Below are positions 53,086-61,819 of a stretch of DNA of 64,000 nt, one piece after another. The DNA comes from Magnetococcales bacterium DC0425bin3 (GTDB taxonomy: Bacteria; Pseudomonadota; Magnetococcia; Magnetococcales; DC0425bin3). Below the pieces are notes generated by a model, which made no database searches, was not told the origin of the DNA, and saw only the letters and a program-made list of their open reading frames with translations. The DNA lies in assembly GCA_002753665.1 (NCBI GenBank), contig PEAP01000003.1:15054-79053 (forward strand), written 5' to 3'. Position 1 is the stretch's first letter. Each line of letters opens with the position of its first letter. Made by a program: the position numbers and the translations under genes.

Positions 53086-53598
53086 TCAGGGCAGCCGGTC
53101 GATGATCTCCGCCACCTTGTCCGGCGTCAGATCCTCGTAATAGTCGTCGTTTATCTGCATCATCGGGGCATTGACACAGGCCCCCAGGCATTCCACCTCG
53201 GTCAGGGTGAACCGATTGTCGTCGCCGGTCTCGCCCCATTTCAGGCGCAGCTTGTTCCGCAACGCCTGGACCACCCCGTCGGAACCGCACAGCCAGCAGG
53301 AGATGTTGGTGCAGACCTGCACATGGTATTTCCCGACCGGTTTGAGGTTGTACATGGTGTAGAAGGTGGCCACCTCGTAGACCCGCACCGGCGGGATCTC
53401 CGTCAACTCCGCCACATAGTCCAGCGCCTCCCGGGACAGCCAGCCGCCGAACTCCCGCTGGGCCAGAAAGAGGATGGGCATCAGGGCGGAGCGACGCTGA
53501 CCCGGGGGATAGCGCCGGTAGATGGCCTCCACCTCCCGCAGGCTCTCCGGAGAGAACCGGGGCCTCCGCATGTTGGAATTCTTCTGGAGTTCACTCAT
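53086..53598 (-). CDS. nuoE: NADH-quinone oxidoreductase subunit E
   Basis: YHVQVCTNISCWLCGSD...CLGACVNAPMMQIND are [2Fe-2S] motifs. Confidence 0.95.
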   Translation of the reverse strand: MSELQKNSNMRRPRFSPESLREVEAIYRRYPPGQRRSALMPILFLAQREFGGWLSREALDYVAELTEIPPVRVYEVATFYTMYNLKPVGKYHVQVCTNISCWLCGSDGVVQALRNKLRLKWGETGDDNRFTLTEVECLGACVNAPMMQINDDYYEDLTPDKVAEIIDRLP

Positions 53599-53632
53599 CG
53601 ATCACGGGTCTCTGCGGTTGCGTGGAACGGTC

Positions 53633-54817
53633 TCAACGGTCGATCTCGCCGAACACGATGTCGATGGTGCCCACGCAGGTGGTCACGTCCGCCAGCATGT
53701 GCCCCTTGACCATGGCGTCCAGCCCTTGCAGGTGGTTGAACCCGGCGGCGCGGATCTTGACCCGGTAGGGCTTGTTGCCGCCATGGGAGATCACATACAC
53801 CCCCATTTCCCCCTTGGGGGTTTCCACCGCGGTGTACACCTCCCCCGGCGGCACATCGAACCCCTCGGTGAAGAGCTTGAAGTGATGGATCAGCGACTCC
53901 ATGCCGGCCTTCATCTCCTTCCGGTAGGGAGTGGAGATCTTGAAATTCTCGTGACGCACCGGCCCCGGGGTCATCTGGTCCAGGCATTGGGCGATGATGC
54001 GGGCGCTCTGGCGCAGCTCCTCCACCCGGACCAGGTAGCGGTCGTAGCAGTCGCCGTTCTTGCCCACCGGGATGTCGAACTCCACCTTGGCGTAGACATC
54101 GTAGGGCACCGCCTTGCGCAGGTCGTAGGCCACCCCCGAGCCCCGCAGCATGGGACCCACAAAGCCCCAGTCCATGGCCTGGGCCGCCGTGACGACCCCG
54201 ATGTCCACCAGCCGCTGCTTCCAGATGCGGTTGTCGGTGAGCAGGGTTTCGTATTCGTCGATCTTGGCCGGAAAATCTTCCACGAAGGCGCGGATCTTGT
54301 CCGCCAAGCCGTCGGGCAGGTCCAGGGCCACGCCGCCGGGACGGAAATAGGCGGCATGCATGCGCGCCCCGCACACCGCCTCGTAGAAGTCCATGACCCG
54401 CTCCCGTTCCCGGAAGGTGTAGATGAACATGGTCATGGCGCCCACGTCCAACCCATGGGCCCCCAGGAACAGCAGGTGGTTCAGGATGCGGGTCAGCTCG
54501 GCGAAGATCACCCGGATGTACTGGGCCCGTTCGGGGACCTCGATCCCCAGCAGCTTCTCCACCGCCAGCACATAGGGATGCTCCTGGGTCATCATGGACA
54601 TGTAGTCCAGACGGTCGAAGTAGGGCACCCCCTGGGTGTAGGTCTTTTGTTCCAGGAGCTTTTCCGTCCCCCGGTGCAGGAACCCGATGTGGGGATCGGC
54701 CCGCTGCACCACCTCCCCGTCCAGCTCCAACAGCAGCCTCAACACCCCGTGAGCCGCCGGGTGCTGGGGGCCGAAGTTGATGGTGTAGGTCTGTTCGGTT
54801 CGTGCCATCGCTTCCAT
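53633..54817 (-). CDS. nuoD: NADH-quinone oxidoreductase subunit D
   Basis: [25 protein letters not shown]...[16 protein letters not shown]. Start at ATG 54817 or 54808. Confidence 0.95.
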   Translation of the reverse strand: MEAMARTEQTYTINFGPQHPAAHGVLRLLLELDGEVVQRADPHIGFLHRGTEKLLEQKTYTQGVPYFDRLDYMSMMTQEHPYVLAVEKLLGIEVPERAQYIRVIFAELTRILNHLLFLGAHGLDVGAMTMFIYTFRERERVMDFYEAVCGARMHAAYFRPGGVALDLPDGLADKIRAFVEDFPAKIDEYETLLTDNRIWKQRLVDIGVVTAAQAMDWGFVGPMLRGSGVAYDLRKAVPYDVYAKVEFDIPVGKNGDCYDRYLVRVEELRQSARIIAQCLDQMTPGPVRHENFKISTPYRKEMKAGMESLIHHFKLFTEGFDVPPGEVYTAVETPKGEMGVYVISHGGNKPYRVKIRAAGFNHLQGLDAMVKGHMLADVTTCVGTIDIVFGEIDR

Positions 54818-54831
54818 CCCGCCGCGCAGGG

Positions 54832-55386
54832 TCAGGTCCGATCCGGGCCGTAGAATTCCCGGTCGGGAATGGTCAGTCGGGTGGGCTCGCGCACCACCCG
54901 GTCCTGGTCGGCATCCCAACGCACCTCGAAGTGACCGGTCACCGGAAACTCCTTGCGCAGGGGATAGCCTTCGAAGTCGTATTCGGTGAGCAGCCGCCGC
55001 AGGTCGGGATGGCCGGAGAAAAGGATGCCGAACATCTCGTAGGCTTCCCGCTCGTACCAGTTGGCACTGCTCCAGACCGGGATCACCGAGGGAACCGGCT
55101 CGCCCTCCGCCACCGCCACCTTGATGCGAATGCGCTGGTTCTTGTAGACCGACAGTAGCTGGTAGACCACTTCCAGGGGTTTCTCCCGGCCCGGATAGTG
55201 GACCCCGGCCAGGTCGATGAGAATCTTGAAATCCAGCGCCGGGTCATCCCGCAGCAGGGTCATGGTCGCCACCAACTCGGCCGGGGCCACCCGCAGGATC
55301 AGGGCATCGGCCAGCCGCTCCCGGGGCAGGGAGGGCAACAGGTCGGCGATGACGGACTCCAGCCGCCCCAATTGTTCCGGGCTCAT
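54832..55386 (-). CDS. nuoC: NADH-quinone oxidoreductase subunit C
   Basis: [28 protein letters not shown] is typical of NuoC (30-kDa subunit). The start overlaps the nuoB stop (ATGA). Confidence 0.93.
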   Translation of the reverse strand: MSPEQLGRLESVIADLLPSLPRERLADALILRVAPAELVATMTLLRDDPALDFKILIDLAGVHYPGREKPLEVVYQLLSVYKNQRIRIKVAVAEGEPVPSVIPVWSSANWYEREAYEMFGILFSGHPDLRRLLTEYDFEGYPLRKEFPVTGHFEVRWDADQDRVVREPTRLTIPDREFYGPDRT

Positions 55387-55892
55387 GCGGATTCACCCCA
55401 TCCGGAGGAGAAGGTGTTGGTGCGGTGGATCTTCTTGTGCAGTTGCAGGATACCGTAGATCAGGGCCTCGGCGGTGGGAGGGCAGCCGGGGACATAGACA
55501 TCCACCGGCACCACCCGGTCGCAGCCCCGCACCACCGAATAGGAATAGTGGTAGTAGCCGCCCCCGTTGGCGCAGGAGCCCATAGAGATCACCCAGCGGG
55601 GCTCGGGCATCTGTTCGTAGAGCTTGCGCAGCACCGGGGCCATCTTGTTGGTCAGGGTGCCAGCCACGATCATCACGTCCGACTGTCGGGGGCTGCCCCG
55701 GAACACGATGCCGAAGCGGTCCAGGTCGTAGCGGCTGGCACCGGCCTGCATCATCTCCACCGCGCAGCAGGCCAGGCCGAAGGTCATGGGCCACATGGAG
55801 GAAGTCCGGGCCCAGTTGACCAGCTTGTCCACGCTGGTGAGCAGAAAGCCCCGGTCGTCCAGCTCGTGGCGGACTTCTTCGATCATTCCCAT
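55383..55892 (-). CDS. nuoB: NADH-quinone oxidoreductase subunit B
   Basis: [17 protein letters not shown]...[14 protein letters not shown]...[10 protein letters not shown] are N2-cluster motifs. The start overlaps the nuoA 3' end. Confidence 0.95.
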   Translation of the reverse strand: MGMIEEVRHELDDRGFLLTSVDKLVNWARTSSMWPMTFGLACCAVEMMQAGASRYDLDRFGIVFRGSPRQSDVMIVAGTLTNKMAPVLRKLYEQMPEPRWVISMGSCANGGGYYHYSYSVVRGCDRVVPVDVYVPGCPPTAEALIYGILQLHKKIHRTNTFSSGWGESA

Positions 55893-56239
55893 TCCAGCGC
55901 CCCCTTCTTCCAGGCGTAGGCATAGCCCACCAGCAGGATGAACAGAAACAGCATCATCTCCACGAAGCCGAGGAAACCGATGTCCCGGAAGGCCACCGCC
56001 CAGGGAAACAGAAAGGCCGCCTCGATATCGAACACCACGAACAGGATGGCCAGCAGGTAGTAGCGAACGTCGAATTGCAGGCGAATGCGGGTCAGGGGAT
56101 CGAAACCGCATTCGTACTGGCTGCGCTTGACCGCATTGGGCCGTTTGATGCCGGCCAGGTAGGAGGCCGCCAGGATGACGATTCCCAGGCCAAAGGCGAT
56201 GGCCAACAGCACCAGCACCGGGAAATAGTTTTCCAGCAT
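55883..56239 (-). CDS. nuoA: NADH-quinone oxidoreductase subunit A
   Basis: 118 aa with three TM helices; YECGFDP...[26 protein letters not shown]. Confidence 0.95.
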   Translation of the reverse strand: MLENYFPVLVLLAIAFGLGIVILAASYLAGIKRPNAVKRSQYECGFDPLTRIRLQFDVRYYLLAILFVVFDIEAAFLFPWAVAFRDIGFLGFVEMMLFLFILLVGYAYAWKKGALEWE

Positions 56240-56385
56240 CTCTCAATCCTCCTCGCAGGCTTCCTGCGGTGGACGGGCGGCATCGTTCGCCCATCGCACC
56301 TCGAAGCACAAGTAACATCCCGATCCCCGGTGCGTCAACGGCATCCGATCCCCCGGCTCGGATTGTACCCCTTCCTCACCAAGCC

Positions 56386-56413
56386 AAAAAAAACCGGCGC
56401 CCGAAGGCGCCGG
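56386..56413 (-). terminator. rho-independent terminator after the ATP-citrate lyase operon
   Basis: Minus strand reads CCGGCGCC-ttcg-GGCGCCGG followed by TTTTTTTT, 25 nt downstream of the aclA stop. Confidence 0.75.
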
Positions 56414-56438
56414 TGAAGATCATCCGGATGGATTGGGC

Positions 56439-59216
56439 TTAGCCGGCGTAGCTGCACTGGCTGGCAACGGTCCGGGTGTCCATGTTGCGGCCCCGGTTGG
56501 TGTGGTCGTCGATTTCGGCGGCGCTGCCCATCATGCGACCGAACAGGAAGGTGGTGAACGCCGCGGTCTCCATGACGCCGTCGGAGATCTCCCCCTTGCT
56601 GAAGGACTTCCACAGCATCTTCAGCAACAGCACGGCGATCACCGCGTCCACGTTGACGCAGTAGACCTTCTTGCTGACCCCGGCCTTGTGCAGGGCATGG
56701 ACCAGCTTGTGATAGAAATCCTGGAAGATGTTATAGTCGTTGCGCTTCTCGAACAACTCGCCGACGAACACCTCCCGGGGGTCGTAGTTGACGTCCTTGT
56801 CCTTGAAGACCGGGTGGTTGATGCAGGGAATCTTCTCGTAGTTGAGATCCCCTTCGGCCTTGGCCTTCTTCTTGTAGCCGCCGTACTCCTTGGCATAGGC
56901 CAGGGCCATGCCTTCCAGATCCAGACCATGGGACGGATTGGCGGGATCTTCCAGACCGCTGTTGCGGAACCGCTCCACCAGGAACTGGATGGCCTCGTAG
57001 CCGTTGCCGCCATGGGCATAGCCGGTGTGGGTGAGGAAGCCGATGTAGCCCTTGTTGATCTGGATCCGGTCCGGAACCTCGGGACCATCGGCGCTGACCG
57101 CGCCCTTGGCGCCCTGGGCGGAGATGGTGCCCGGGCCGTTGGTGATGATCAGCCCCAACAGCACGGAGAAGGAAAACAGCTCCTGGTCCGCGGGCCGGTG
57201 GCCGAACAGGGACAGGAAGGCGGTCTCGGTGAAGCTCCAGGAGCTGGCCAGTTCGCCCAGATCGACGCCCCGGTAGCTCTTCTCGTCCTGATGCTCCGCG
57301 CTGACGGTGGACCCCACCAGGGTGCTGTAGACGCGGAAATGCCAGGGCAGGTTCTTCACCGTGGTCACGCTGAGCCGCTTGCGCAGCAGGGGCACCCAGC
57401 CCAGGTGGCAGCAGATGGCCCCCAGCAGCACATCGTCCCGGATCTTGCCGCCGGTCCGCTCGGCAAAGGCCCGCAGGAAATTGATGAAGACCGACCCCGC
57501 TCCCCGGGCGTCGATGCCCTGGAACATGATCTTGCCCCGCTTGCCGACCTTGTCGGACAGCAGCGCGGCGCGAATGGGTTCCTGGGCCACGGCGGTTTCC
57601 AACTGGGCGCTGAAGTCGAACCCGGTGCTGGCGGGATCCTCCAGCCCCGACTGCACGAACAGATCCAGCAGCACGGTAATGGTCTGCTTCGCCGCGGCTG
57701 CCTCCCGGGGACCCACCAGGGCCACCGCCGCCGCCAGGACCGTGTTGGGGCTGTTGCCGGCCGCCCGGGCAGCGTCCGCCGCCGCCAGACCGACGGTGCC
57801 GCTCTGGTTGACGTAGGCGTTGAGGGCCACATTGGCCAAAGACCGCCCGGTGGCGTCGGGATATTCCCGGATCAGGGAAAGAACCAGGTTCTCCTCGAAG
57901 GTGCGGGTGGAGGCATCCAGAATGCTGAGATTGTGGATTCTGCTGACCTGGGTCTTGGGATCCATCCGGGAGGCCCCGGAGCAGTCCTTCATGGTCTGCC
58001 GCGGGAAGATGGTCCCCACCTGCCTGGAAAGCAGCTTGATCTGATCGTCGTAGGGCGCGATGGCCTGGACCAGGGGCGGGCTCAGCGCGGAAGGCAATTC
58101 CAGCCCCTGATTGTTGCCGAACCAGGGCTTCAGCTCCAGGTTGCCCCGGGGCGGAAAGTCCGGTTTGATGCCGTGCTTGGCCATCACTTCGGTCAGGGCC
58201 TGGGGAATGAGGGAAATGTTGGTCACCACCGCGCCCTTGGCCGAACAGACCGGGTTTTCCAGGGTGTAAAGGGCATCCACCCCGAATTTCTTCATGAACC
58301 AGCGTTCCTTGGCCTCCGCGTCATCCCCGGATCCGGCAATGGCGCCGGCATGGCCGCAGGATCGGGTCAGCTTGGCCTTCCAGCGGCCCACCACGCAGGC
58401 CACCACGGGCTTGTCGAACTGGAGATCATGTTCGTAGTATCCGCCCGGTTCGATGTACATCACCGCCGCCTGGGTGCGATAGTCGTTGTGGAAGGCGTGG
58501 GTGAATTCCGGAGCGGCGAAGTGGATGTAGACATCCTTGCCCGAACTGAGGGACACGGTGGTCCCCCAGCCGGCGGTGAGGAGGTAGGTGGCGATGGTGG
58601 TGGTGAAGTTGCCGGAGTTGGAGAAGATGGCCACCGATCCCGGGACCAGGGACTCCTCCGGGGCACTGCCCCCCAGGGCACCGCCCAGACGGACATGCTG
58701 GTGGGCGTCCGCCACGCCGAGGCAGTTGGCGCCGAAAACGTCCACCCCTCGCTGCTGGCAATATTGCCGGATCATGCGGGAATGGGACACCGGAACCTTT
58801 TCGGTGAGGATGATGACCTTCTTCAGCTCGGGATTGACCCGCACCGCCTCGATCACCGAGTCCCGCACCCCCGAGGGCGGCACATAGACCACCGCCACAT
58901 TGAAGCGGTGGCCGGCGTCCATGGCCTCCAGCACGTTGTTGTAGACCGGAATGTTGCCCACCGGAGTCTTCATGAACTCCCCGGAGCGACCCGGCATGGT
59001 GCCGCACACCACGTTGCCGCCGGAATAGGCATGGCTGACGGGAGTCACCGTGCGGCTTTCCCCGCCCAAAATGTTGAGGACGCACACCCGGTCCTCCCGG
59101 GTGGCGATGCCCATCAGGGAGTGGATTCCCACATAATACGGGAACTTCACCTCTCCCTTGGCCTGCATGTAGTTGAAACCCCTGTTCAGCTCGGCATTGA
59201 CCTTCTGCTTGCTCAT
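56439..59216 (-). CDS. aclA: ATP-citrate lyase alpha subunit, long form (SCS-alpha-like CoA-ligase domain fused to an enlarged citrate-synthase/citryl-CoA-lyase-like domain)
   Basis: CoA-binding/ligase part with the phosphohistidine loop TRSCGHAGAIAG. C-terminal citrate-synthase-like part (GYAHGGNGYEAIQF...INHPVFKDKD...VNVDAVIAVLL). ATG 59216 is preceded by GAGG; 925 aa. Confidence 0.85.
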   Translation of the reverse strand: MSKQKVNAELNRGFNYMQAKGEVKFPYYVGIHSLMGIATREDRVCVLNILGGESRTVTPVSHAYSGGNVVCGTMPGRSGEFMKTPVGNIPVYNNVLEAMDAGHRFNVAVVYVPPSGVRDSVIEAVRVNPELKKVIILTEKVPVSHSRMIRQYCQQRGVDVFGANCLGVADAHQHVRLGGALGGSAPEESLVPGSVAIFSNSGNFTTTIATYLLTAGWGTTVSLSSGKDVYIHFAAPEFTHAFHNDYRTQAAVMYIEPGGYYEHDLQFDKPVVACVVGRWKAKLTRSCGHAGAIAGSGDDAEAKERWFMKKFGVDALYTLENPVCSAKGAVVTNISLIPQALTEVMAKHGIKPDFPPRGNLELKPWFGNNQGLELPSALSPPLVQAIAPYDDQIKLLSRQVGTIFPRQTMKDCSGASRMDPKTQVSRIHNLSILDASTRTFEENLVLSLIREYPDATGRSLANVALNAYVNQSGTVGLAAADAARAAGNSPNTVLAAAVALVGPREAAAAKQTITVLLDLFVQSGLEDPASTGFDFSAQLETAVAQEPIRAALLSDKVGKRGKIMFQGIDARGAGSVFINFLRAFAERTGGKIRDDVLLGAICCHLGWVPLLRKRLSVTTVKNLPWHFRVYSTLVGSTVSAEHQDEKSYRGVDLGELASSWSFTETAFLSLFGHRPADQELFSFSVLLGLIITNGPGTISAQGAKGAVSADGPEVPDRIQINKGYIGFLTHTGYAHGGNGYEAIQFLVERFRNSGLEDPANPSHGLDLEGMALAYAKEYGGYKKKAKAEGDLNYEKIPCINHPVFKDKDVNYDPREVFVGELFEKRNDYNIFQDFYHKLVHALHKAGVSKKVYCVNVDAVIAVLLLKMLWKSFSKGEISDGVMETAAFTTFLFGRMMGSAAEIDDHTNRGRNMDTRTVASQCSYAG

Positions 59217-59268
59217 GGCAAACCTCGATCCCCTTGGCTGGTTCCCCAAGTCTGGGGATTGTCATTGG

Positions 59269-60543
59269 TCACTCGGAGATGCCCAACTTCCGGGCAATCT
59301 GCTGACGTCCGCCCTTGATCATCCACTCGTCCACCGCCTGGGCGAAGTTGACCACCTCGCTCATGGCCGAGTCGTGACCGAAAATCCGGTAGGGCAGGCC
59401 CAGGGAATCCAGGGTGTCCCGCAGGTACCCCATGCCCCGAACCAGGTTGGGACCGCCCCGTCCCACCACCACATACAGCGGAGTGGGGCCGTGAGTGCTG
59501 AAATGTTCGCGCAGAGCGTCCCCCATGGCCCGGAAGGTCTCGTAGATGTCGGTGTTGTTGGCCTTGCCGCCGATGATGAACAGCACGTTGCTCTGCTTCA
59601 GCCAGTAATTGTAGGTGATGCGGCCGATATCCTTCATCTTGGCGTAGGGGGGATTGCCGCCGAAGTCGGAGGAAATGGTGGCGGCATCGCCCAGCAGCTC
59701 GGTCACCAGGGCATTGGCGCCACCCCCGAAGGTCATGGCGGTGATGGTGCCGTGGGGGTTGATCACGAACACGTCCGACTGGCCCTGGTAGGTGCGCAGC
59801 TGGTTCACCTCCCGCTCATAGGCGGACAGCTCCACATTGAACAGGTCCTTGGAAAGACCCAGCCGTTCCATGTTGGGATCATCGCCGTCGAAGGCGCACT
59901 TGAAATCGCAGGCCACCGGAGTCAGCCGCCCCTTGGCATCCTCCATGATGCGGATGGGATTCAGCTCCAGGGTGGTCATGCCATAGTGGTGGAACAGGTC
60001 CCACAGCTTGGGCAGATTCTGCACCAGGGGGCTGATGATCTCGTTGGGCGCATTGAGTTTGTTGAGGGCATTGTTGACGATGAAGCCCTTGAACCCGGTC
60101 AGGGGGTCGAAGGGCACCACCGCGATGTCCTCCTTGGGCAGTTCCTCGATGTCCACGCCACCCCGATGGGTGATGGTCATGGTGGGAGCCCGGAACTGGG
60201 TATTGTCGGTCAGGGAGAAATAGACCTCATGCTTGCAAGGGATGAAGCTTTCGAAGGTCACCCCCTCCGCCTTGGCCACGGTGTTGCCGACCCGATGCTC
60301 GGCGAAGTAGAGCCGTTCCTTCTCCTTGAGGGCGGTATAGACATCGGTGGCCTTGCCGATCAGCCCCGCCTTGCCTTTTTTTCCGATCCCACCCTTGAAG
60401 ATCGGTTTGATCAAAACTCCGCCGAATTCGTCGATGACCGCCTGGATGGCCTCCTTGGTCGCTTCCGGACCAAGCACCTTCGCAGTCGGGAACCCGACGT
60501 AACTCAGCAGCTTGGCTCCCCAACTCATGCCTGTGATCTGCAT
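59269..60543 (-). CDS. aclB: ATP-citrate lyase beta subunit (SCS-beta-like ATP-grasp)
   Basis: ATP-grasp region (LIKPIFKGGIGKKGKAGLI...TLELNPI) and ligase-CoA region (INPHGTITAMTFGGGANALVTELLG...SDFGGNPP). ATG 60543 is preceded by GAGTGAGGG. Confidence 0.85.
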   Translation of the reverse strand: MQITGMSWGAKLLSYVGFPTAKVLGPEATKEAIQAVIDEFGGVLIKPIFKGGIGKKGKAGLIGKATDVYTALKEKERLYFAEHRVGNTVAKAEGVTFESFIPCKHEVYFSLTDNTQFRAPTMTITHRGGVDIEELPKEDIAVVPFDPLTGFKGFIVNNALNKLNAPNEIISPLVQNLPKLWDLFHHYGMTTLELNPIRIMEDAKGRLTPVACDFKCAFDGDDPNMERLGLSKDLFNVELSAYEREVNQLRTYQGQSDVFVINPHGTITAMTFGGGANALVTELLGDAATISSDFGGNPPYAKMKDIGRITYNYWLKQSNVLFIIGGKANNTDIYETFRAMGDALREHFSTHGPTPLYVVVGRGGPNLVRGMGYLRDTLDSLGLPYRIFGHDSAMSEVVNFAQAVDEWMIKGGRQQIARKLGISE

Positions 60544-60701
60544 CGAGAAAACCCTCACTCAGAACGTGGACGACGCTCGGACTGTCTCCGATTCCACCAA
60601 ACGGGATTGATCTTACCAAACCGCAATTTATAGTAACGGAAAAAACGCCACGAAGAGACCGACGTTGCCGATCCCATGGATCCCGCCAGGACCGGCAGCC
60701 C

Positions 60702-60741
60702 AAAAAAACGGGCAAGCCACTTTTTCCGGAGCGGCTTGCCC
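60702..60741 (-). terminator. rho-independent terminator downstream of tRNA-Asp
   Basis: Minus strand reads GGGCAAGCC-(14-nt loop)-GGCTTGCCC followed by GTTTTTTTG. Confidence 0.7.
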
Positions 60742-60772
60742 ATTTGTATCGTTTTTCTTGGCGGATTGGGAG

Positions 60773-60849
60773 TGGCGGGAGCGACGGGACTCGAACCCGC
60801 GACCTCCGGCGTGACAGGCCGGCATTCTAACCAACTGAACTACGCCCCC
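60773..60849 (-). tRNA. tRNA-Asp (anticodon GTC), CCA encoded
   Basis: Reverse complement GGGGGCGTAGTTCAGTTGGTTAGAATGCCGGCCTGTCACGCCGGAGGTCGCGGGTTCGAGTCCCGTCGCTCCCGCCA folds as a cloverleaf. The anticodon loop CTGTCAC is close to E. coli tRNA-Asp. Confidence 0.95.
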
Positions 60850-60933
60850 TCGCAACCCCATCCGATGGACAACGGAACGCGCAAGATAAAGACCGCAGCT
60901 CCCCCTGTCAACCTCTTCCGTAGCCGACCACTC

Positions 60934-61013
60934 CGGAGGCCTCCCTCCACCCTCCACCGATGAAAGCCGCTTCCCAGCTTCCACGGTAAAACCGCGACGT
61001 GACTTTCACGGTA
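60934..61013 (+). repeat. dispersed repeat, copy E (left arm truncated; extra right-hand module)
   Basis: cggaggcctccctccaccctccaccgatgaaagccgcttcccagcttccacggtaaa followed by ccgcgacgtgactttcacggta. The latter parallels the cgcgacacgacttttacggt of copy B. Confidence 0.85.
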
Positions 61014-61125
61014 TAAAGCGACTCCCCGGGGCGGCCCGTGCCGGGGGGGCGGACCGAACGCAAAATAATGCGCCGGAATCCGCATGGCAAGGGAATGATG
61101 GGGACTCGGAAATCGCGGCAAACGG

Positions 61126-61201
61126 TGGTGGGCGGAACAGGGCTTGAACCTGTGACCCCCGGCTTGTAAGGCCGATGCTCTCCCGGCTGAGCTACCCGCC
61201 C
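61126..61201 (-). tRNA. tRNA-Val (anticodon TAC), CCA encoded
   Basis: Reverse complement GGGCGGGTAGCTCAGCCGGGAGAGCATCGGCCTTACAAGCCGGGGGTCACAGGTTCAAGCCCTGTTCCGCCCACCA; anticodon loop CTTACAA. Confidence 0.95.
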
Positions 61202-61305
61202 TGAACAGGAATTACCTCCCCTCCCGGCCTGGCGACTGCCGGGGGTGGATCTGCCGCGGAAAGGCCCGATTCTCCCCCCTGGGCCAAGGACTGGACCAAA
61301 CCGAT

Positions 61306-61581
61306 TCAGCCGCCGACGGCGTCCTTCAGCCCCTTGCCCGGACGAAATTTGGGTTGTTTGCCGGCAGAGATCGTGATCTGCTCGCCGGTGCGGGGATTGC
61401 GTCCCGTCCGGGCCGGCCGTTCCTTGACCATGAAGGTCCCAAAACCGATGAGACTCACCGAATCACCCGCCTTGAGGGCATTGGTGATGGCCCCGACCAT
61501 GGCGTCCACCGCGGCAGTGGCCTGCAGTTTGGGCAAACCAGCCTCATTGGCTACCTGATCAACCAACTCTGTCTTATTCAA
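61306..61581 (-). CDS. hupB: DNA-binding protein HU
   Basis: MNKTELVDQVA...GFGTFMVKERPARTGRNPRTGEQI. TTG start preceded by GGGAGGCGAGG. Conserved lon-hupB linkage. Confidence 0.93.
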   Translation of the reverse strand: MNKTELVDQVANEAGLPKLQATAAVDAMVGAITNALKAGDSVSLIGFGTFMVKERPARTGRNPRTGEQITISAGKQPKFRPGKGLKDAVGG

Positions 61582-61635
61582 GGTCCTCGCCTCCCAGCGA
61601 ACTGGATAAATACAGTATTTTCAAGCCGATTTCGC

Positions 61636-61664
61636 CTTATATCGGCTACCGGCCCCGCTGTCAA
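61636..61664 (-). promoter_or_regulatory. sigma-70 promoter of hupB
   Basis: Minus-strand TTGACA (61664-61659), a 17-nt spacer, then TATAAG (61641-61636), about 55 nt upstream of the hupB start. Confidence 0.55.
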
Positions 61665-61690
61665 CCGCCCTCTTGAGTCCGCAAGCCCGT

Positions 61691-61724
61691 TTTTTCGGGC
61701 CCAAGGGTAAACCGGCCCGAAAAA
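61691..61724. other. 11-bp perfect-stem hairpin in the lon-hupB spacer
   Basis: TTTTTCGGGCC-(12 nt)-GGCCCGAAAAA. The A/T runs extend the stem rather than forming a 3' U-tract, so terminator function for lon is uncertain. Confidence 0.3.
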
Positions 61725-61746
61725 CGCAGGAAACAAAATCACCCCC

Positions 61747-61811
61747 GATGGATGGGAGATGCCTCCCTCCACCCTCCACCGATGAAAGCCGCTGTCCGGC
61801 TTCCACAGTAA
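61747..61811 (+). repeat. dispersed repeat, copy F (lon-hupB spacer)
   Basis: gatggatgggagatgcctccctccaccctccaccgatgaaagccgctgtccggcttccacagtaa. Confidence 0.85.
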
Positions 61812-61819
61812 AAGACCCG

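Noticed and set aside
56240-56385. Promoter of the nuo operon
   Set aside because: Only weak hexamer matches were found on the minus strand (TTGACG-N17-TTACTT, and TACAAT without a properly spaced -35). They are not convincing enough to annotate.
56433-59318. 961-aa plus-strand ORF
   Set aside because: Antisense shadow of aclA, with the same biased composition and no recognisable motifs.
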